Numbered from the stretch's first letter, positions 30,459-40,849 are shown. The stretch is 64,000 bases of DNA from an uncultured Verrucomicrobiae bacterium (GCA_963828525.1 CAWHEP010000016.1:1-64000), one strand, 5' to 3'. The notes: a model not told the origin generated them from the letters alone. Made by a program: numbers and translations.

Positions 30459-31214
30459 TCAGGCCTTCCACTTCCTGTATTGGAACACATGCAGCGTCAG
30501 CGTCAGCATCAAAACCGTCATGCTTGTGTACCAGACAATCGGGCGTGAATCGATGATGCCCTTGGAGAAATCGCCCATGTGTTCGATGGCCGAAATGTAG
30601 GAAACCACCTCTTTAAAGTAAGGGGTGGTGATTCCAAAGATAAACGTCAGGAGCCCCATGAAGAACCAGAGAGTGATGCTGGAAAACGAAATGACAGCCG
30701 CGTTGATCTGGTCCTTCGTCAGCACTGACGCGAGGCAGCCGATCGAGATGTAAAAGCCGCCCATTAGCAAAAGAAGCAGGTAAGCGCCCCAATAGGAACC
30801 CGGGGCGCGAGCGGCCTCCGCCTTTGTTACAAGCTGGAATATGACAAAGTACAGAAGGCTCGGCATCCACAGAACAATATAGAAGAACAGCGCGCCAAAA
30901 AATTTCGAGAGGACTACCTGCCAATCACGAACAGGGGCCGTTGTAAGCGTCTCAAACGTGCCCATTCGAAACTCATCCGAGAACAAACGCATGGTGATCA
31001 GCGGAAAGATGAGGACGTAAGAGAACCAGAATAGAATGGTATCGAAAAATGTTTCAACGACCGTCACTTCGACCGGCCCCCGGTTTAGGACCATGACATC
31101 CGAGTAGAAGTTAAACCCGGTCAGCAGAAGGAAATACACCAGCACGACGTACGCGATCGGCGTGTAGAAGAACGCCTTGATCTCGCGAATGAGCAGAATG
31201 ACGAATGTTCTCAT
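30459..31214 (-). CDS. ABC-2 permease (GldF-like)
   Basis: REIKAFFYTPIAY, PLITMR, E...GTFETL.TAP and GIIDSR motifs. Confidence 0.9.
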   Translation of the reverse strand: MRTFVILLIREIKAFFYTPIAYVVLVYFLLLTGFNFYSDVMVLNRGPVEVTVVETFFDTILFWFSYVLIFPLITMRLFSDEFRMGTFETLTTAPVRDWQVVLSKFFGALFFYIVLWMPSLLYFVIFQLVTKAEAARAPGSYWGAYLLLLLMGGFYISIGCLASVLTKDQINAAVISFSSITLWFFMGLLTFIFGITTPYFKEVVSYISAIEHMGDFSKGIIDSRPIVWYTSMTVLMLTLTLHVFQYRKWKA

Positions 31215-31241
31215 GCTCAGTAACGCGAGCGCGGTCTCCAG

Positions 31242-32174
31242 CTAGCTATCCGCATGAGTGATCTCCACAAACACGTCTTCCAGTGTCGCGCGGCCTCGTG
31301 TGAGTTCCCTTACGCTCCACCCGCGTTCTTGCGTCAACCGGAAAACCTCTTCGCGCAAGTCCGAATTGGCTTCGGTTCGCAGGGTAAAGATTCGCCATTC
31401 TCCGTCGCCTTCCGCCGCGACGTCCTTCACGCCCTTGATGCGTGACAATTCTTCGACTCCTGAGTCGCGTCCAGTCCTGGCCTCGAGACGGATCGCTGCC
31501 GAGGTCCGAATCTTATCGAGCAGGTTTTGTGGTGTGTCAGATGCCTCGATCTTCCCTTTATTGATGATGATCACGCGGCTGCATGTCATCTCCACCTCGG
31601 GGAGGATGTGAGTCGATATCAGAATGGTATGATGCCGCCCCAAGTCTTTTATCAACTCTCTCACCTGCCGAATCTGGTTTGGATCAAGTCCAATGGTCGG
31701 CTCATCCAGTATCAACAGGTCAGGGTCATGCACCAGCGCGTCAGCCAGGCCCACGCGCTGGCGATAACCCTTCGAAAGCGTGCTGATAATCTTGTTTTGC
31801 ACCTCTCGCAAGCTGCACAACTCAGTAACCTCTCCCACGCGCTGTTTCACACGCCGCCCTTTTACGCCCTTTATTGCCGCCCTGTAGCTCAGATACTCAG
31901 CCACTCGCATATCGGTGTACAGCGGCACATTCTCCGGGAGATACCCTAGATGGGTCCGCGCCTGCAGCGAATCCTCGAAAACATCGTAACCCGCGATCGA
32001 GGCTCGTCCCGACGAGGCAGGCATAAAGCTTGAAAGAATACGCATCGTAGTGCTCTTGCCGGCGCCGTTCGGCCCCAAAAAGCCAACAATCTCTCCCTTG
32101 CCTACTTCGAAGCTGATGTTGTCGACTGCCGTGAACCCGCCGTAGCGTTTGGTGAGACCTTCAACTTTGATCAT
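31242..32174 (-). CDS. ABC ATP-binding protein (GldA-like)
   Basis: GPNGAGKST, LSKGYRQRVGLA and LDEPT motifs. Confidence 0.93.
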   Translation of the reverse strand: MIKVEGLTKRYGGFTAVDNISFEVGKGEIVGFLGPNGAGKSTTMRILSSFMPASSGRASIAGYDVFEDSLQARTHLGYLPENVPLYTDMRVAEYLSYRAAIKGVKGRRVKQRVGEVTELCSLREVQNKIISTLSKGYRQRVGLADALVHDPDLLILDEPTIGLDPNQIRQVRELIKDLGRHHTILISTHILPEVEMTCSRVIIINKGKIEASDTPQNLLDKIRTSAAIRLEARTGRDSGVEELSRIKGVKDVAAEGDGEWRIFTLRTEANSDLREEVFRLTQERGWSVRELTRGRATLEDVFVEITHADS

Positions 32175-32184
32175 GAACGCTTTC

Positions 32185-33336
32185 TTATCGGGCGGTCAGG
32201 CTAACTGTTTGCACCTGCTGATAAAGCTGATCGCCGATCCTGCGCACGATGCCGACCTGGAACTCCACTTCCGAGCCGCTCTCGATATCCTGCAAATACC
32301 CCTCCAGTTGCTTCGTTCCTGAGATCTCGTGGCCGCCAGCTTTGAAGAGCACGAGCCCTCGCTTTAAACCCGCCTCGGCTGCCGGGCTGCCTTCCTCCAC
32401 ATCCGCCACAAGCACGCCCCTGGTGGTGGGTTTATACCCGAGCAGTTGCGTCAAATCCCGGGTGAGATCCTGCGCCTGCAGCCCGAAGTATTTCATCGCC
32501 CGGTTCTCCCCGATGCCTGCGGCTCCGCTGCTCTTTGCCGGAATATGCTGCGCCAAGGCCATGAACTGGCGCACCTTCGCGCGAACCGTTGCCGCCGGTA
32601 TTCCAAAGCCGAGGCCTTGGGTGGGCACCCCTTGGGGAGTGTAGGCCATCTTCACAGAACTGATTCCGATCAATTTTCCCGAAAGATCGATGAGCGGACC
32701 GCCGCTGTTGCCGGGGTTGATGGCCGCATCCGTCTGGATCAGGTTTGTAAATTCTGTCTCCTCCAGGGTAACAGTGCGGTTCAGGGCGCTAAGGATTCCC
32801 CGGCTGACAGACAGGCCATACCCAAGAGGGTTCCCCAAGGCGAGCACTGTCTGGCCGAGCAGATTCGGAGATGTATCCTTCAAGCTGATGCAGGAAAAAG
32901 AGTTCTTGCCGTCGATCTTGATCAACGCGAGGTCCGCCGCCGCGTCACCCGCAATGTAAGTTGCCGAATATGTTTTTCCGTCCGAGGTCGTCACCTGAAT
33001 TTTCAGGTCAGCCGCGCGTTCCACAACGTGCTGGTTGGTGACGATGAACCCGGCCGGATCAATGATGAAGCCGGAGCCGAGGCTCTGCACTTTTTGGCGC
33101 AACTCGCGCGGGGGGCGCATCTCGCCGCCGAAGAATTGGTTGAAAAGCTGGTCGTACGGATCCTGATACGTCCTCCGAACAATCCGTTCGGTGGCAATGT
33201 TCACCACCGCGGGCCACACCTTGCCGACCGCGATCACGGAAGGCTCGGTCGCGGGATCGATCTCCGCGCGCGCCAAGGGCGAGGCGATCAGGAGCGCCAC
33301 GGCCCATGGCAGCAGGCTACGCAAGGCTTTGCTCAT
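32185..33336 (-). CDS. HtrA/DegQ-family serine protease with one PDZ domain
   Basis: Signal peptide, GSGFII, TNQHV, DLAL, TDAAINPGNSGG and a PDZ domain. Confidence 0.93.
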   Translation of the reverse strand: MSKALRSLLPWAVALLIASPLARAEIDPATEPSVIAVGKVWPAVVNIATERIVRRTYQDPYDQLFNQFFGGEMRPPRELRQKVQSLGSGFIIDPAGFIVTNQHVVERAADLKIQVTTSDGKTYSATYIAGDAAADLALIKIDGKNSFSCISLKDTSPNLLGQTVLALGNPLGYGLSVSRGILSALNRTVTLEETEFTNLIQTDAAINPGNSGGPLIDLSGKLIGISSVKMAYTPQGVPTQGLGFGIPAATVRAKVRQFMALAQHIPAKSSGAAGIGENRAMKYFGLQAQDLTRDLTQLLGYKPTTRGVLVADVEEGSPAAEAGLKRGLVLFKAGGHEISGTKQLEGYLQDIESGSEVEFQVGIVRRIGDQLYQQVQTVSLTAR

Positions 33337-33441
33337 TTTTGGGGAATCAGACTTATCGTCTGACAGCGGAACTGTCAAATTGCTCAAAGGCCAGTTCGGC
33401 TGATGGACGGAGCGGCCCGCAAATGCCGAGAGGGCCTATTC

Positions 33442-34485
33442 TTAAGCTGTCGCAGTCTCCCGGGACGACCCGGAAGGCAGCAGACGCGCGGCAAAGTAGG
33501 AACCGACGACCAGCATGGTTGCCAATCCCTGCGCCGCCAGTGTCTCGACTGTGGGAAAAACGGAGAACCAAAGTCCCATCCAGTCTGGGACGAATTTGGC
33601 CACGCCCCCGAGCGTGGTAGTTGGAATCCAATGCGCAAGTTGCATCTCCTGAGCTTCCTCGCCGACCATTACAAGCAGCACGACTCCCAAGAGTACGCCT
33701 GTAAGCACGAGCATCTTGCGATAGGGCAAACGATGGTGCGCGATGAAGGTAAGGACGGCTACGATCGCGGTCAGAAACAACCCGATGACGGCACCCCATA
33801 ACACGATCTGACCACCCATCTGCAAGCGATAGCTTTGGAGGAATAAGACAACCTCAAATCCTTCCCGATACACGGAGGCAAAACCGAGCAACCCAAGCCC
33901 CAGAACAAGTTTGTTCTGAGAGATATCCGAAGCCCGAGCGCCGCTGATGAGCTCCTTCTTCTTACGATTGTGAAGACAAATCCAGCCGCCCCAATACACC
34001 TTGTGAAAAAACCAGTTCATCACCACCAGCAGGACGATAACTGCCAGGAGCCCTGTCCCCGCTTGCAACGCGAGCGCCGGAACGCTCCCGGCGAGGTTGC
34101 TTACAATCCCGACGGCCATGAACCAGGTCAAAATCGAAAACATGAAACCCGCGCCCGCTCCGAAAGCCACCGGACGCCGGTGCGCGCTGTTCACGCCCAT
34201 CATACTGGCGGTGATCGCGGACAGCACAAGAATGCATTCCAGCCCTTCCCGAAAAACCAGCACGCCGATGTCCATCACAGCTACCGCTTTGCTGGTGTTG
34301 GGCAACGTCGGGTCAGGGTTGCCCTTTGCCGTAATTCCCTGCCAGACCAGCACCGACGCGATCACGCTTGCCGCCGCGATCAAGCAGACCCGCAGCGCCA
34401 TTCTAAACGGAACGGGCTTTCGAATCGCCGCTGGATACTCGGCAGCGGAGCGAATCTGATGGATGGGGGCGTCGATGGTTTGCAC
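33442..34485 (-). CDS. FTR1-family high-affinity iron permease
   Basis: Two REGxE motifs (FREGLE, YREGFE) and multiple TM helices. Confidence 0.9.
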   Translation of the reverse strand: MQTIDAPIHQIRSAAEYPAAIRKPVPFRMALRVCLIAAASVIASVLVWQGITAKGNPDPTLPNTSKAVAVMDIGVLVFREGLECILVLSAITASMMGVNSAHRRPVAFGAGAGFMFSILTWFMAVGIVSNLAGSVPALALQAGTGLLAVIVLLVVMNWFFHKVYWGGWICLHNRKKKELISGARASDISQNKLVLGLGLLGFASVYREGFEVVLFLQSYRLQMGGQIVLWGAVIGLFLTAIVAVLTFIAHHRLPYRKMLVLTGVLLGVVLLVMVGEEAQEMQLAHWIPTTTLGGVAKFVPDWMGLWFSVFPTVETLAAQGLATMLVVGSYFAARLLPSGSSRETATA

Positions 34486-34490
34486 TGCTA

Positions 34491-34507
34491 TTGAGAATCG
34501 ATCTCAA
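34491..34507. promoter_or_regulatory. Fur-box-like operator upstream of FTR1
   Basis: TTGAGAATCGATCTCAA inverted repeat resembling TGATAATnATTATCA, separated from the GTG start by 5 nt. Confidence 0.65.
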
Positions 34508-34562
34508 GAAGGTTTTCGTCAACAAAAGTTTTTTCCAAGTTGGGAGATCCTGGAAGAGTTCC

Positions 34563-36548
34563 CTATTCGGCAGACGAGCGCATAGCGCTCGGGTTCCCCG
34601 CGAGGGCCTTGCCTTTCGCCTTCCATTCTTCTGGGGTAAACCACTGCCAATATGTCGCCAGACGGCGAAAATGCATTTCAGAGTAGGGCAGGAGAGTGAT
34701 TGGCGATGGGGTTATGGATGCGTCAGCCGGGCAGGCTTGCATCTCCGCGGGCAACACAAACGCGAGATCTTTTCCGGGCGCTCTTTTGATTGCCGACGCA
34801 ACCGCCGCCAGATCGCTGGAGAGAATCACCGGCACCGGCGGGATCAGCATGTTGGCATAGGCCTTCTCGTTGTGATCCACCTGCCAGAAGTTGACAACTT
34901 CCAGGCCCGCGGAGCCGAGGTCGCCGCAGAGAACAACCGGGCCATAGAGCAGCGCCACCCGGTGGGAATCGCCAACAGCGGTTTCTGTCGTCACGCGCAT
35001 GGGCAGCTCGATTCGCGCGACGTCCCCGCTCGTCCACGTACGATCCAGACTGACGTAACCATCCGTCGCCGGGCAGGGAACAGCCTCCCCGTTGATCCAC
35101 ACTCGCATCGGGGACGCCAGCCATGCAGGCGAACGCAGTCTCATCGCGAAATGCTGGGGCGTGGCCGTCGATACAGTCACAGACACTTCGGAATCAGCGG
35201 GGAACCGCGTGGTGGTCGTCAAAGTGACACCCTTCGCTTCCCATCGAGCGACGCTGGGCTGGTAGAGAGCCACAGTGATGGATGACGCGTCCACCCAATA
35301 GGTTGCCTCGGCATAGCGGGCGGGATTCTCCATCCCTGTTCCAAGGCAGCACCAACCCGCGTTTTGGGGGTCTGAATACACGCGGAACCTCCCGGCGCCG
35401 ACTGGCTGGAAATAAGTGAACATTCCCTTTTTCGGCTCTTGTCCTCCCAGTATCTGGTTGTAGAGGGCTCGCTCATAGAAATCCATGTAAGAGGACTCCC
35501 GGTGCCAGGCGTAGAGCGAGCGCGTTAGCCGCAGCATGTTATAGACATTGCAAGTCTCCGCCGTGCCGATCGAGTCGATATGAGACGGCGTCGAGGACAC
35601 AGGGAAAAAATGCTCATTGTCGCTATTGCCGCCCGTAACGTAGGAGCGAAGCGCAGTCACGTTTTGCCAGAAAAACCGCGCTGCCTCGTGGTAACGCGGA
35701 TCTCCGGTGATGCCATAAATCCGGTCAAATCCAGTGATCTTCGGGATTTGGGTGTTGGCGTGCAGGCCATCCAGCTTGTCCCGGCCGCTGCTTAGCGTGT
35801 CGAACAGCCAGCGCTGGCAGAACTTCTTCGCCGCGTCGAGATACTTTGGATTTCCAGTGAACGCGTAGAGGTCTGCCATGAGCTCGTCCATGCCGCCCTG
35901 CTCGATGTTGAGCATGGTCTGCATCTGGTGATCGTTAAGTGGCGCGATGGTGTCACACACAAAATCGCCAAGGCCCGTCCAGACTGTCGCCGCCTGGGAA
36001 CTTTCCCCCGTGATGGCCGCGTCTCGCAATCCGGCCAGCAGTTTGTGGAGGGTATACCATGGAACCCATCCACGCAGTGGTTTGCCAGCGCGGGCTTCCG
36101 CGAAAATTGCCCGCCCATCTGGAATCGCGGCCACATATCTTCCCCCGTTTGCCTTCTGGCACTCAGCCAGCTCGGCGACAATGTAGTCGATGCGCCTCCG
36201 GATTTCCTTGTCGCCTGTGTCCTTCCACATCAGGGAAAGGGCGCTCAGGTAATGCCCTAAAACAGAACCGGCTACGCCCTGGCGCTCCCATCCGCCGTAA
36301 GGCTCTGCCTTCGGAGTGAGACCCGCCTCCTTGCGAAACATCGAGAGATGACGATCCGGCGACATCTCCAGCAACACTCTGCGATCCAGTTCTTGGTGTT
36401 CCTTGAAAGGGCCGTCCAGGAGAGTCACCGCTCCATAGGGGAGTGGGCGCGCTGCCGGAAGGGGGGAGACATTTTCAGCCTGGATATTGCAAGCGCCGAC
36501 AACCAGAGCAGTGGCAAGTTGAAGAGTATATTTGCGGGAGGTTCGCAT
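34563..36548 (-). CDS. GH127/GH146-like beta-L-arabinofuranosidase
   Basis: YGGWE, GHYLSA, PWYTLHK, HANTQIP, ETCNVYNM and CCLGTG motifs. Confidence 0.9.
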   Translation of the reverse strand: MRTSRKYTLQLATALVVGACNIQAENVSPLPAARPLPYGAVTLLDGPFKEHQELDRRVLLEMSPDRHLSMFRKEAGLTPKAEPYGGWERQGVAGSVLGHYLSALSLMWKDTGDKEIRRRIDYIVAELAECQKANGGRYVAAIPDGRAIFAEARAGKPLRGWVPWYTLHKLLAGLRDAAITGESSQAATVWTGLGDFVCDTIAPLNDHQMQTMLNIEQGGMDELMADLYAFTGNPKYLDAAKKFCQRWLFDTLSSGRDKLDGLHANTQIPKITGFDRIYGITGDPRYHEAARFFWQNVTALRSYVTGGNSDNEHFFPVSSTPSHIDSIGTAETCNVYNMLRLTRSLYAWHRESSYMDFYERALYNQILGGQEPKKGMFTYFQPVGAGRFRVYSDPQNAGWCCLGTGMENPARYAEATYWVDASSITVALYQPSVARWEAKGVTLTTTTRFPADSEVSVTVSTATPQHFAMRLRSPAWLASPMRVWINGEAVPCPATDGYVSLDRTWTSGDVARIELPMRVTTETAVGDSHRVALLYGPVVLCGDLGSAGLEVVNFWQVDHNEKAYANMLIPPVPVILSSDLAAVASAIKRAPGKDLAFVLPAEMQACPADASITPSPITLLPYSEMHFRRLATYWQWFTPEEWKAKGKALAGNPSAMRSSAE

Positions 36549-36584
36549 GAGATAGGGGGCGAAGTTACGTTTGGCAGCCAAATG

Positions 36585-38762
36585 TCATGAACTCGTTACC
36601 TCGCGAAGCGCCCGTCGCAATTGGTCGAAATCCACCGGTTTTACCAGATGAGACGAAAATCCCGCTTGTCTCGAACGGAACAGATCATCCTCCATCCCGT
36701 AACCGGAAAGTGCCACTCCCGGCAGCCCCGGCTGAATGCCGCGGAGCTTTATGAGCAGTTCCACTCCCGTGCCGTCCGGCAGACCGAGATCGGAGATAAC
36801 CACATCGAAGAGGCCGGCTTCCGTGGCCGCGCATGCGGCGGCGATACTGCTCGCGGTTGTCACATGGTGGCCCGCCCGCGTCAGCAGGCGGCTCAGCACA
36901 GCAAGCGTTGGTTCATGATCCTCCACCACGAGCAGGCGCATGGAAGAGATTGCTTTCGAACGCGCGTCGTCGTGAGATCCCGTCGCTTTCTCCGATAACA
37001 GAGGTGTTGCTCCAGTAGCTTGCTCTACGGCGCGAGGCAGTTCCACGATGAAAGTAGCGCCGAGTCCCAGCCCGGCGCTCGTTGCCTGTATCGTTCCGCC
37101 ATGGAGATCCACTATGGCTCGCGCGATGGCAAGACCCAGGCCTAATCCTCCAAAATGATGATCATTTTCCCGCCCGGCCTGTTCGAATGGCTGGAAAATG
37201 GATTCCACTGCTTCCGGCTTCAGGCCGATGCCCGTATCGCTCACCTCTATGCGCAGACGGCCATCCGTCTCATCCCTTGTTCGAATGGACACGCGCCCAC
37301 CAGTAGGAGTGAATTTTATTGCGTTGCGCAACAGATTCCAGAACACCTGCTGAATTCGGGATGGATCACCTATAAGGCTGGTCCGGCGCGCGGCGAGGTC
37401 CACTCTGAGAGTTACTGGTTTGCTCTGCGCCTCATCGCGGACGATCTCGATCGCCAGGCCGATGAGGGAATGCACATCGCACATCTCTTCCCTCAGTTGC
37501 AGCTTGCCCTTCGAAATCGCGGTCAGGTCGAGCAGGTCGTCAATGAGCCGGGCTTCGAGGGCTATGTTGCGCTCGATCATGCCGAGATCCGCGCGCGCGT
37601 CCGCCGGAAGGCGGCTGTCCTCGCGCAAAGCCGTCGCGATCATTAGCACTGGTGTCAAAGGCGTGCGGAGTTCATGGGAGAGAGCCGCAAGAAAACTGTC
37701 CTTTGCGCGAGATGCCACTTCAGCGCGTTCCTTCGCGGCCAGGAGCGCCGCCTCGCCCGCGCGACGTTCAAGGTTGGTGGCGATCGCGTCCGCAATCGGC
37801 GCCAGATCACCGAGCACGGCGTCGGTGAGCGCTCGCCGGGAGAAAAGGGCCAGCACGCCCACCAGGATGCCGTTGGCAATCAGAGGATAGCCAGCGAACG
37901 ATTTCATCCCCTCGCGACGCGCCCATTCCGGGTCGGACATGTTAGGATCGTGAGCCACATCGTTCGTCAAGAGCGCGCGGCGGTCTCGCGCGATCCTGCC
38001 TATCTTGTATTTCCCTACAGGAACGGTCGCGTGAGCCCCGTCCAAATGTGTGTAAAGGCCCGCGCTTGCTCTCAATAGAAGCGTGGTTCCTGCGGGGTCG
38101 ATTGTCCAAACGCGAGCGAAGGCCGCGTCGAGATGGTTAACCAGGAAGCGGCAGCATCCTTTCAGGCTGGCGTCCGTGTCCGCCGTCGAGGCAAGGAGGG
38201 CCGCCACATCAGCGCGCAGCGTGGCCAGGCAGGCGCGTTCCGCGAGAGCGGCTTCAGACGCTTTCCGTTGCGAGATGTCGCGGATGAAACCGACAAACAT
38301 TTTTTGCTCAGTGCCAGGCAGCGGATTTATCGAGAATTCCACCGGGAACTCAGCGCCATCGCGCCGCACTGCCGACAGTTCGATTCGCCGTCCAAGCACC
38401 GGGCCCTCGCCGGTTGCTCTCATGTGTTCCAAGCCTCTGCAGTGCGACTCTCTCAACCTCTGCGGAATGATGAATTCTGAAAGCGTCTCTCCGAGCACCT
38501 CCTTGCAACTCCAGCCGAAAATCCGCTGAGCCGCCGAGTTCCAACCAGCGATTTTTCCTTCCAAAGTCATCAGAATGACCGCGTCGAGAGCCGTCTCTAT
38601 AATCGCTTGCGCCCGCGCTTCGCTCTCGCGCAACTCTCTCTCGATGCCAGACCTTGCCACTTCCGCGCGGTTTGCTTCAGCAACTCCCCGTTCAGATTTG
38701 CGGTGGATACCGTCCGCGTTCAATGTGACGCCGAGCGGGACATCCTCTCCGGATTCAGTCAT
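36585..38762 (-). CDS. Cytoplasmic hybrid histidine kinase (PAS-GAF-HisKA-HATPase-REC)
   Basis: SHELRTPL, NLLRNAIKFT, GLGLGLAI; REC domain VVEDHE...SDLGLPD...KP. Confidence 0.93.
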   Translation of the reverse strand: MTESGEDVPLGVTLNADGIHRKSERGVAEANRAEVARSGIERELRESEARAQAIIETALDAVILMTLEGKIAGWNSAAQRIFGWSCKEVLGETLSEFIIPQRLRESHCRGLEHMRATGEGPVLGRRIELSAVRRDGAEFPVEFSINPLPGTEQKMFVGFIRDISQRKASEAALAERACLATLRADVAALLASTADTDASLKGCCRFLVNHLDAAFARVWTIDPAGTTLLLRASAGLYTHLDGAHATVPVGKYKIGRIARDRRALLTNDVAHDPNMSDPEWARREGMKSFAGYPLIANGILVGVLALFSRRALTDAVLGDLAPIADAIATNLERRAGEAALLAAKERAEVASRAKDSFLAALSHELRTPLTPVLMIATALREDSRLPADARADLGMIERNIALEARLIDDLLDLTAISKGKLQLREEMCDVHSLIGLAIEIVRDEAQSKPVTLRVDLAARRTSLIGDPSRIQQVFWNLLRNAIKFTPTGGRVSIRTRDETDGRLRIEVSDTGIGLKPEAVESIFQPFEQAGRENDHHFGGLGLGLAIARAIVDLHGGTIQATSAGLGLGATFIVELPRAVEQATGATPLLSEKATGSHDDARSKAISSMRLLVVEDHEPTLAVLSRLLTRAGHHVTTASSIAAACAATEAGLFDVVISDLGLPDGTGVELLIKLRGIQPGLPGVALSGYGMEDDLFRSRQAGFSSHLVKPVDFDQLRRALREVTSS

Positions 38763-38953
38763 GATACTCTGTGCACATTGTTCAATGATGAGCAGAACGT
38801 TTACATCGGCATCCTGCCAGGTGACACGCGATTATAGACGCTCGCCGGTCGGATGCAATCGGCCCGACGAAGGGACGTAAACTTTTTCTGACACGCGCAT
38901 TTTGAGCGACAAACATCGGAAAACAGTTGACTCGGATGAGGAAAAGGAGAACA

Positions 38954-39190
38954 ATGGAGATTATGGTTTCTATCAAAAACGTAGTTTCCGTCCTCCCAAT
39001 CCTATCCTCATGCATCCTCCTGAGTAGCTGCGCCAGCACCCAGAAGAGCAGCGCGAAAGTTCAAACCGCCGTTCCTCCAAGCTACTCGTCGCGTGATACG
39101 ACGACCGCAACGACTCAGGACCTGCCTCCTGTCGCTGAAGCTCCGCGAAAAGCGGGTTGGGGCAACTCTTTTGAGCCTCCCGCCAATTGA
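38954..39190 (+). CDS. Small putative lipoprotein
   Basis: SD AGGAG, lipobox LSSC, Thr/Pro-rich tail. Confidence 0.55.
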   Translation: MEIMVSIKNVVSVLPILSSCILLSSCASTQKSSAKVQTAVPPSYSSRDTTTATTQDLPPVAEAPRKAGWGNSFEPPAN

Positions 39191-39292
39191 GGCGGAGGGG
39201 GTGACGAAATCGCGCTTCCAAAGAGCGCTCGTTGATTCAGTTTGGGGGTCGTGTTTGCGCGGGGCGCTCGCCCTGCTACCGTTCTCCTTGCT

Positions 39293-40849
39293 ATGAGTGA
39301 TCCGAAGATCCCCACTCCTGAGGAGCTCCAGGCCAAACTCGCCGAATTCATGAAGGCGAATTTCGGCAATCATGTGCATCTCACGAGTTTTGTTCAGCCG
39401 GAATCTGCCCCGCCGGAGGCCGAGCCGGTGGTGGAGAAACCTGACGTCTTCGCTTTTGATCACCTGCCAAAGGCCATCAAAGCCTATTTAGATCGTTTCG
39501 TTATTCGTCAGGATGAAGCGAAGAAGGTGCTCGCGATCGCCGTGTGCGATCACTACAACAACGTCAACCATGTGAGGGGTCTTAGCGCGGAGGAAGCCGG
39601 CGCCGCGGAGTATGCCAAACAAAACGTTATCCTCGTTGGTCCGACCGGAGTCGGCAAAACGTATCTCATCAAGCATATAGCCGAACTGATTGGCGTTCCT
39701 TTCGTGAAAGCCGACGCCACTAAGTTCAGCGAGACTGGCTATGTGGGTGGAGACGTGGAGGATTTGGTGCGTGATCTCGCGCGCAAGGCGGAGGGAGATA
39801 TTTCGGTCGCCCAATATGGGATCATCTATATCGATGAGGTGGATAAAATTGCGTCCAACTATAATGGTCAAGGCAGGGACGTGAGCGGGCGAGGCGTTCA
39901 GACGACGCTGCTGAAGCTAATGGAGGAAACGGAAGTCCCTTTGCGCAATCCGGCCGACATCCAGTCTCAGTTGCATGCGGCCATGGAGTTTCAAAAAGGC
40001 GGCAAAGCGAAGAAGGAGACGATCAACACGCGCCATATCCTGTTTATCGTGAGCGGCGCTTTCGAAAAATTGCGAGCTGTGATCGAGCGCAGGGTTCGCA
40101 AGAGCGAAATCGGCTTCCAGTCGTCTGGTGGCAGCGAAGCCGCGGCTCCTAACTCGGACATTTTTCAGATGGTTTCGACGCGGGACTTTATTGACTACGG
40201 GTTCGAGCCCGAGTTTATAGGCCGGCTTCCTGTTCGGGTGGTATGCGATGACCTGACAGAGGGCGATTTGTTCGAGATTATGAAGCGTTCGGAAGGGAGC
40301 ATCATTCGTCAGTACGAACGGGCGTTTCATGCCTATGGTATCGAAGTTTTCTTCGAGGACGAGGCGTTAAGATTGATTGCAAGGCGGGCGGCGGAGGAAA
40401 AGACTGGAGCTCGAGGCCTGCTAACGGTGTGCGAAAAGATACTCAGGGATTTCAAGTACGAACTTCCGGGATCCGGGATCACGCAATTCTCGGTCAGCGC
40501 GGGCTTGATCGAGCAACCAAGGGAGACGTTGGATGGGCTGCTGGCCGCTGGACAGCAGGAGAAAGAACTCGCCCTTGCCGCTGTCGCCCGTGAATTCGTG
40601 CAGCGTTTTGGCGACAAGCATGGCGCGCGGATTGAACTGTCGGAAGGCGCGATCGCGAAGCTCATTCAGAGAGTGGGCGCTGAGCAAACCCACATGAGGA
40701 TCCTGTGCGAACAGCTGTTCAAGGATTACGAGTTTGGGTTAAAGCTCCTTCAAAAACACGATGAGACCTTTGTCATCACCGAGGAGGGCGTTGATGATCC
40801 CGATAAGTTTTTGAGCGAATGGCTGGTAAAGACTTACAGGGGCAGCTAG
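39293..40849 (+). CDS. ClpX-like AAA+ ATPase without the N-terminal zinc finger and with a C-terminal extension
   Basis: GPTGVGKT, ADATKFSETGYVGGDV, IDEVDK, RDVSGRGVQ, IGF loop, PEFIGR and GARGL motifs. Confidence 0.88.
   Translation: MSDPKIPTPEELQAKLAEFMKANFGNHVHLTSFVQPESAPPEAEPVVEKPDVFAFDHLPKAIKAYLDRFVIRQDEAKKVLAIAVCDHYNNVNHVRGLSAEEAGAAEYAKQNVILVGPTGVGKTYLIKHIAELIGVPFVKADATKFSETGYVGGDVEDLVRDLARKAEGDISVAQYGIIYIDEVDKIASNYNGQGRDVSGRGVQTTLLKLMEETEVPLRNPADIQSQLHAAMEFQKGGKAKKETINTRHILFIVSGAFEKLRAVIERRVRKSEIGFQSSGGSEAAAPNSDIFQMVSTRDFIDYGFEPEFIGRLPVRVVCDDLTEGDLFEIMKRSEGSIIRQYERAFHAYGIEVFFEDEALRLIARRAAEEKTGARGLLTVCEKILRDFKYELPGSGITQFSVSAGLIEQPRETLDGLLAAGQQEKELALAAVAREFVQRFGDKHGARIELSEGAIAKLIQRVGAEQTHMRILCEQLFKDYEFGLKLLQKHDETFVITEEGVDDPDKFLSEWLVKTYRGS

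Noticed and set aside
38776..38897. Direct repeat TGACACGCG (two copies) and palindrome CATTGTTCAATG between divergent genes
   Set aside because: Too short to distinguish from chance without orthologues.
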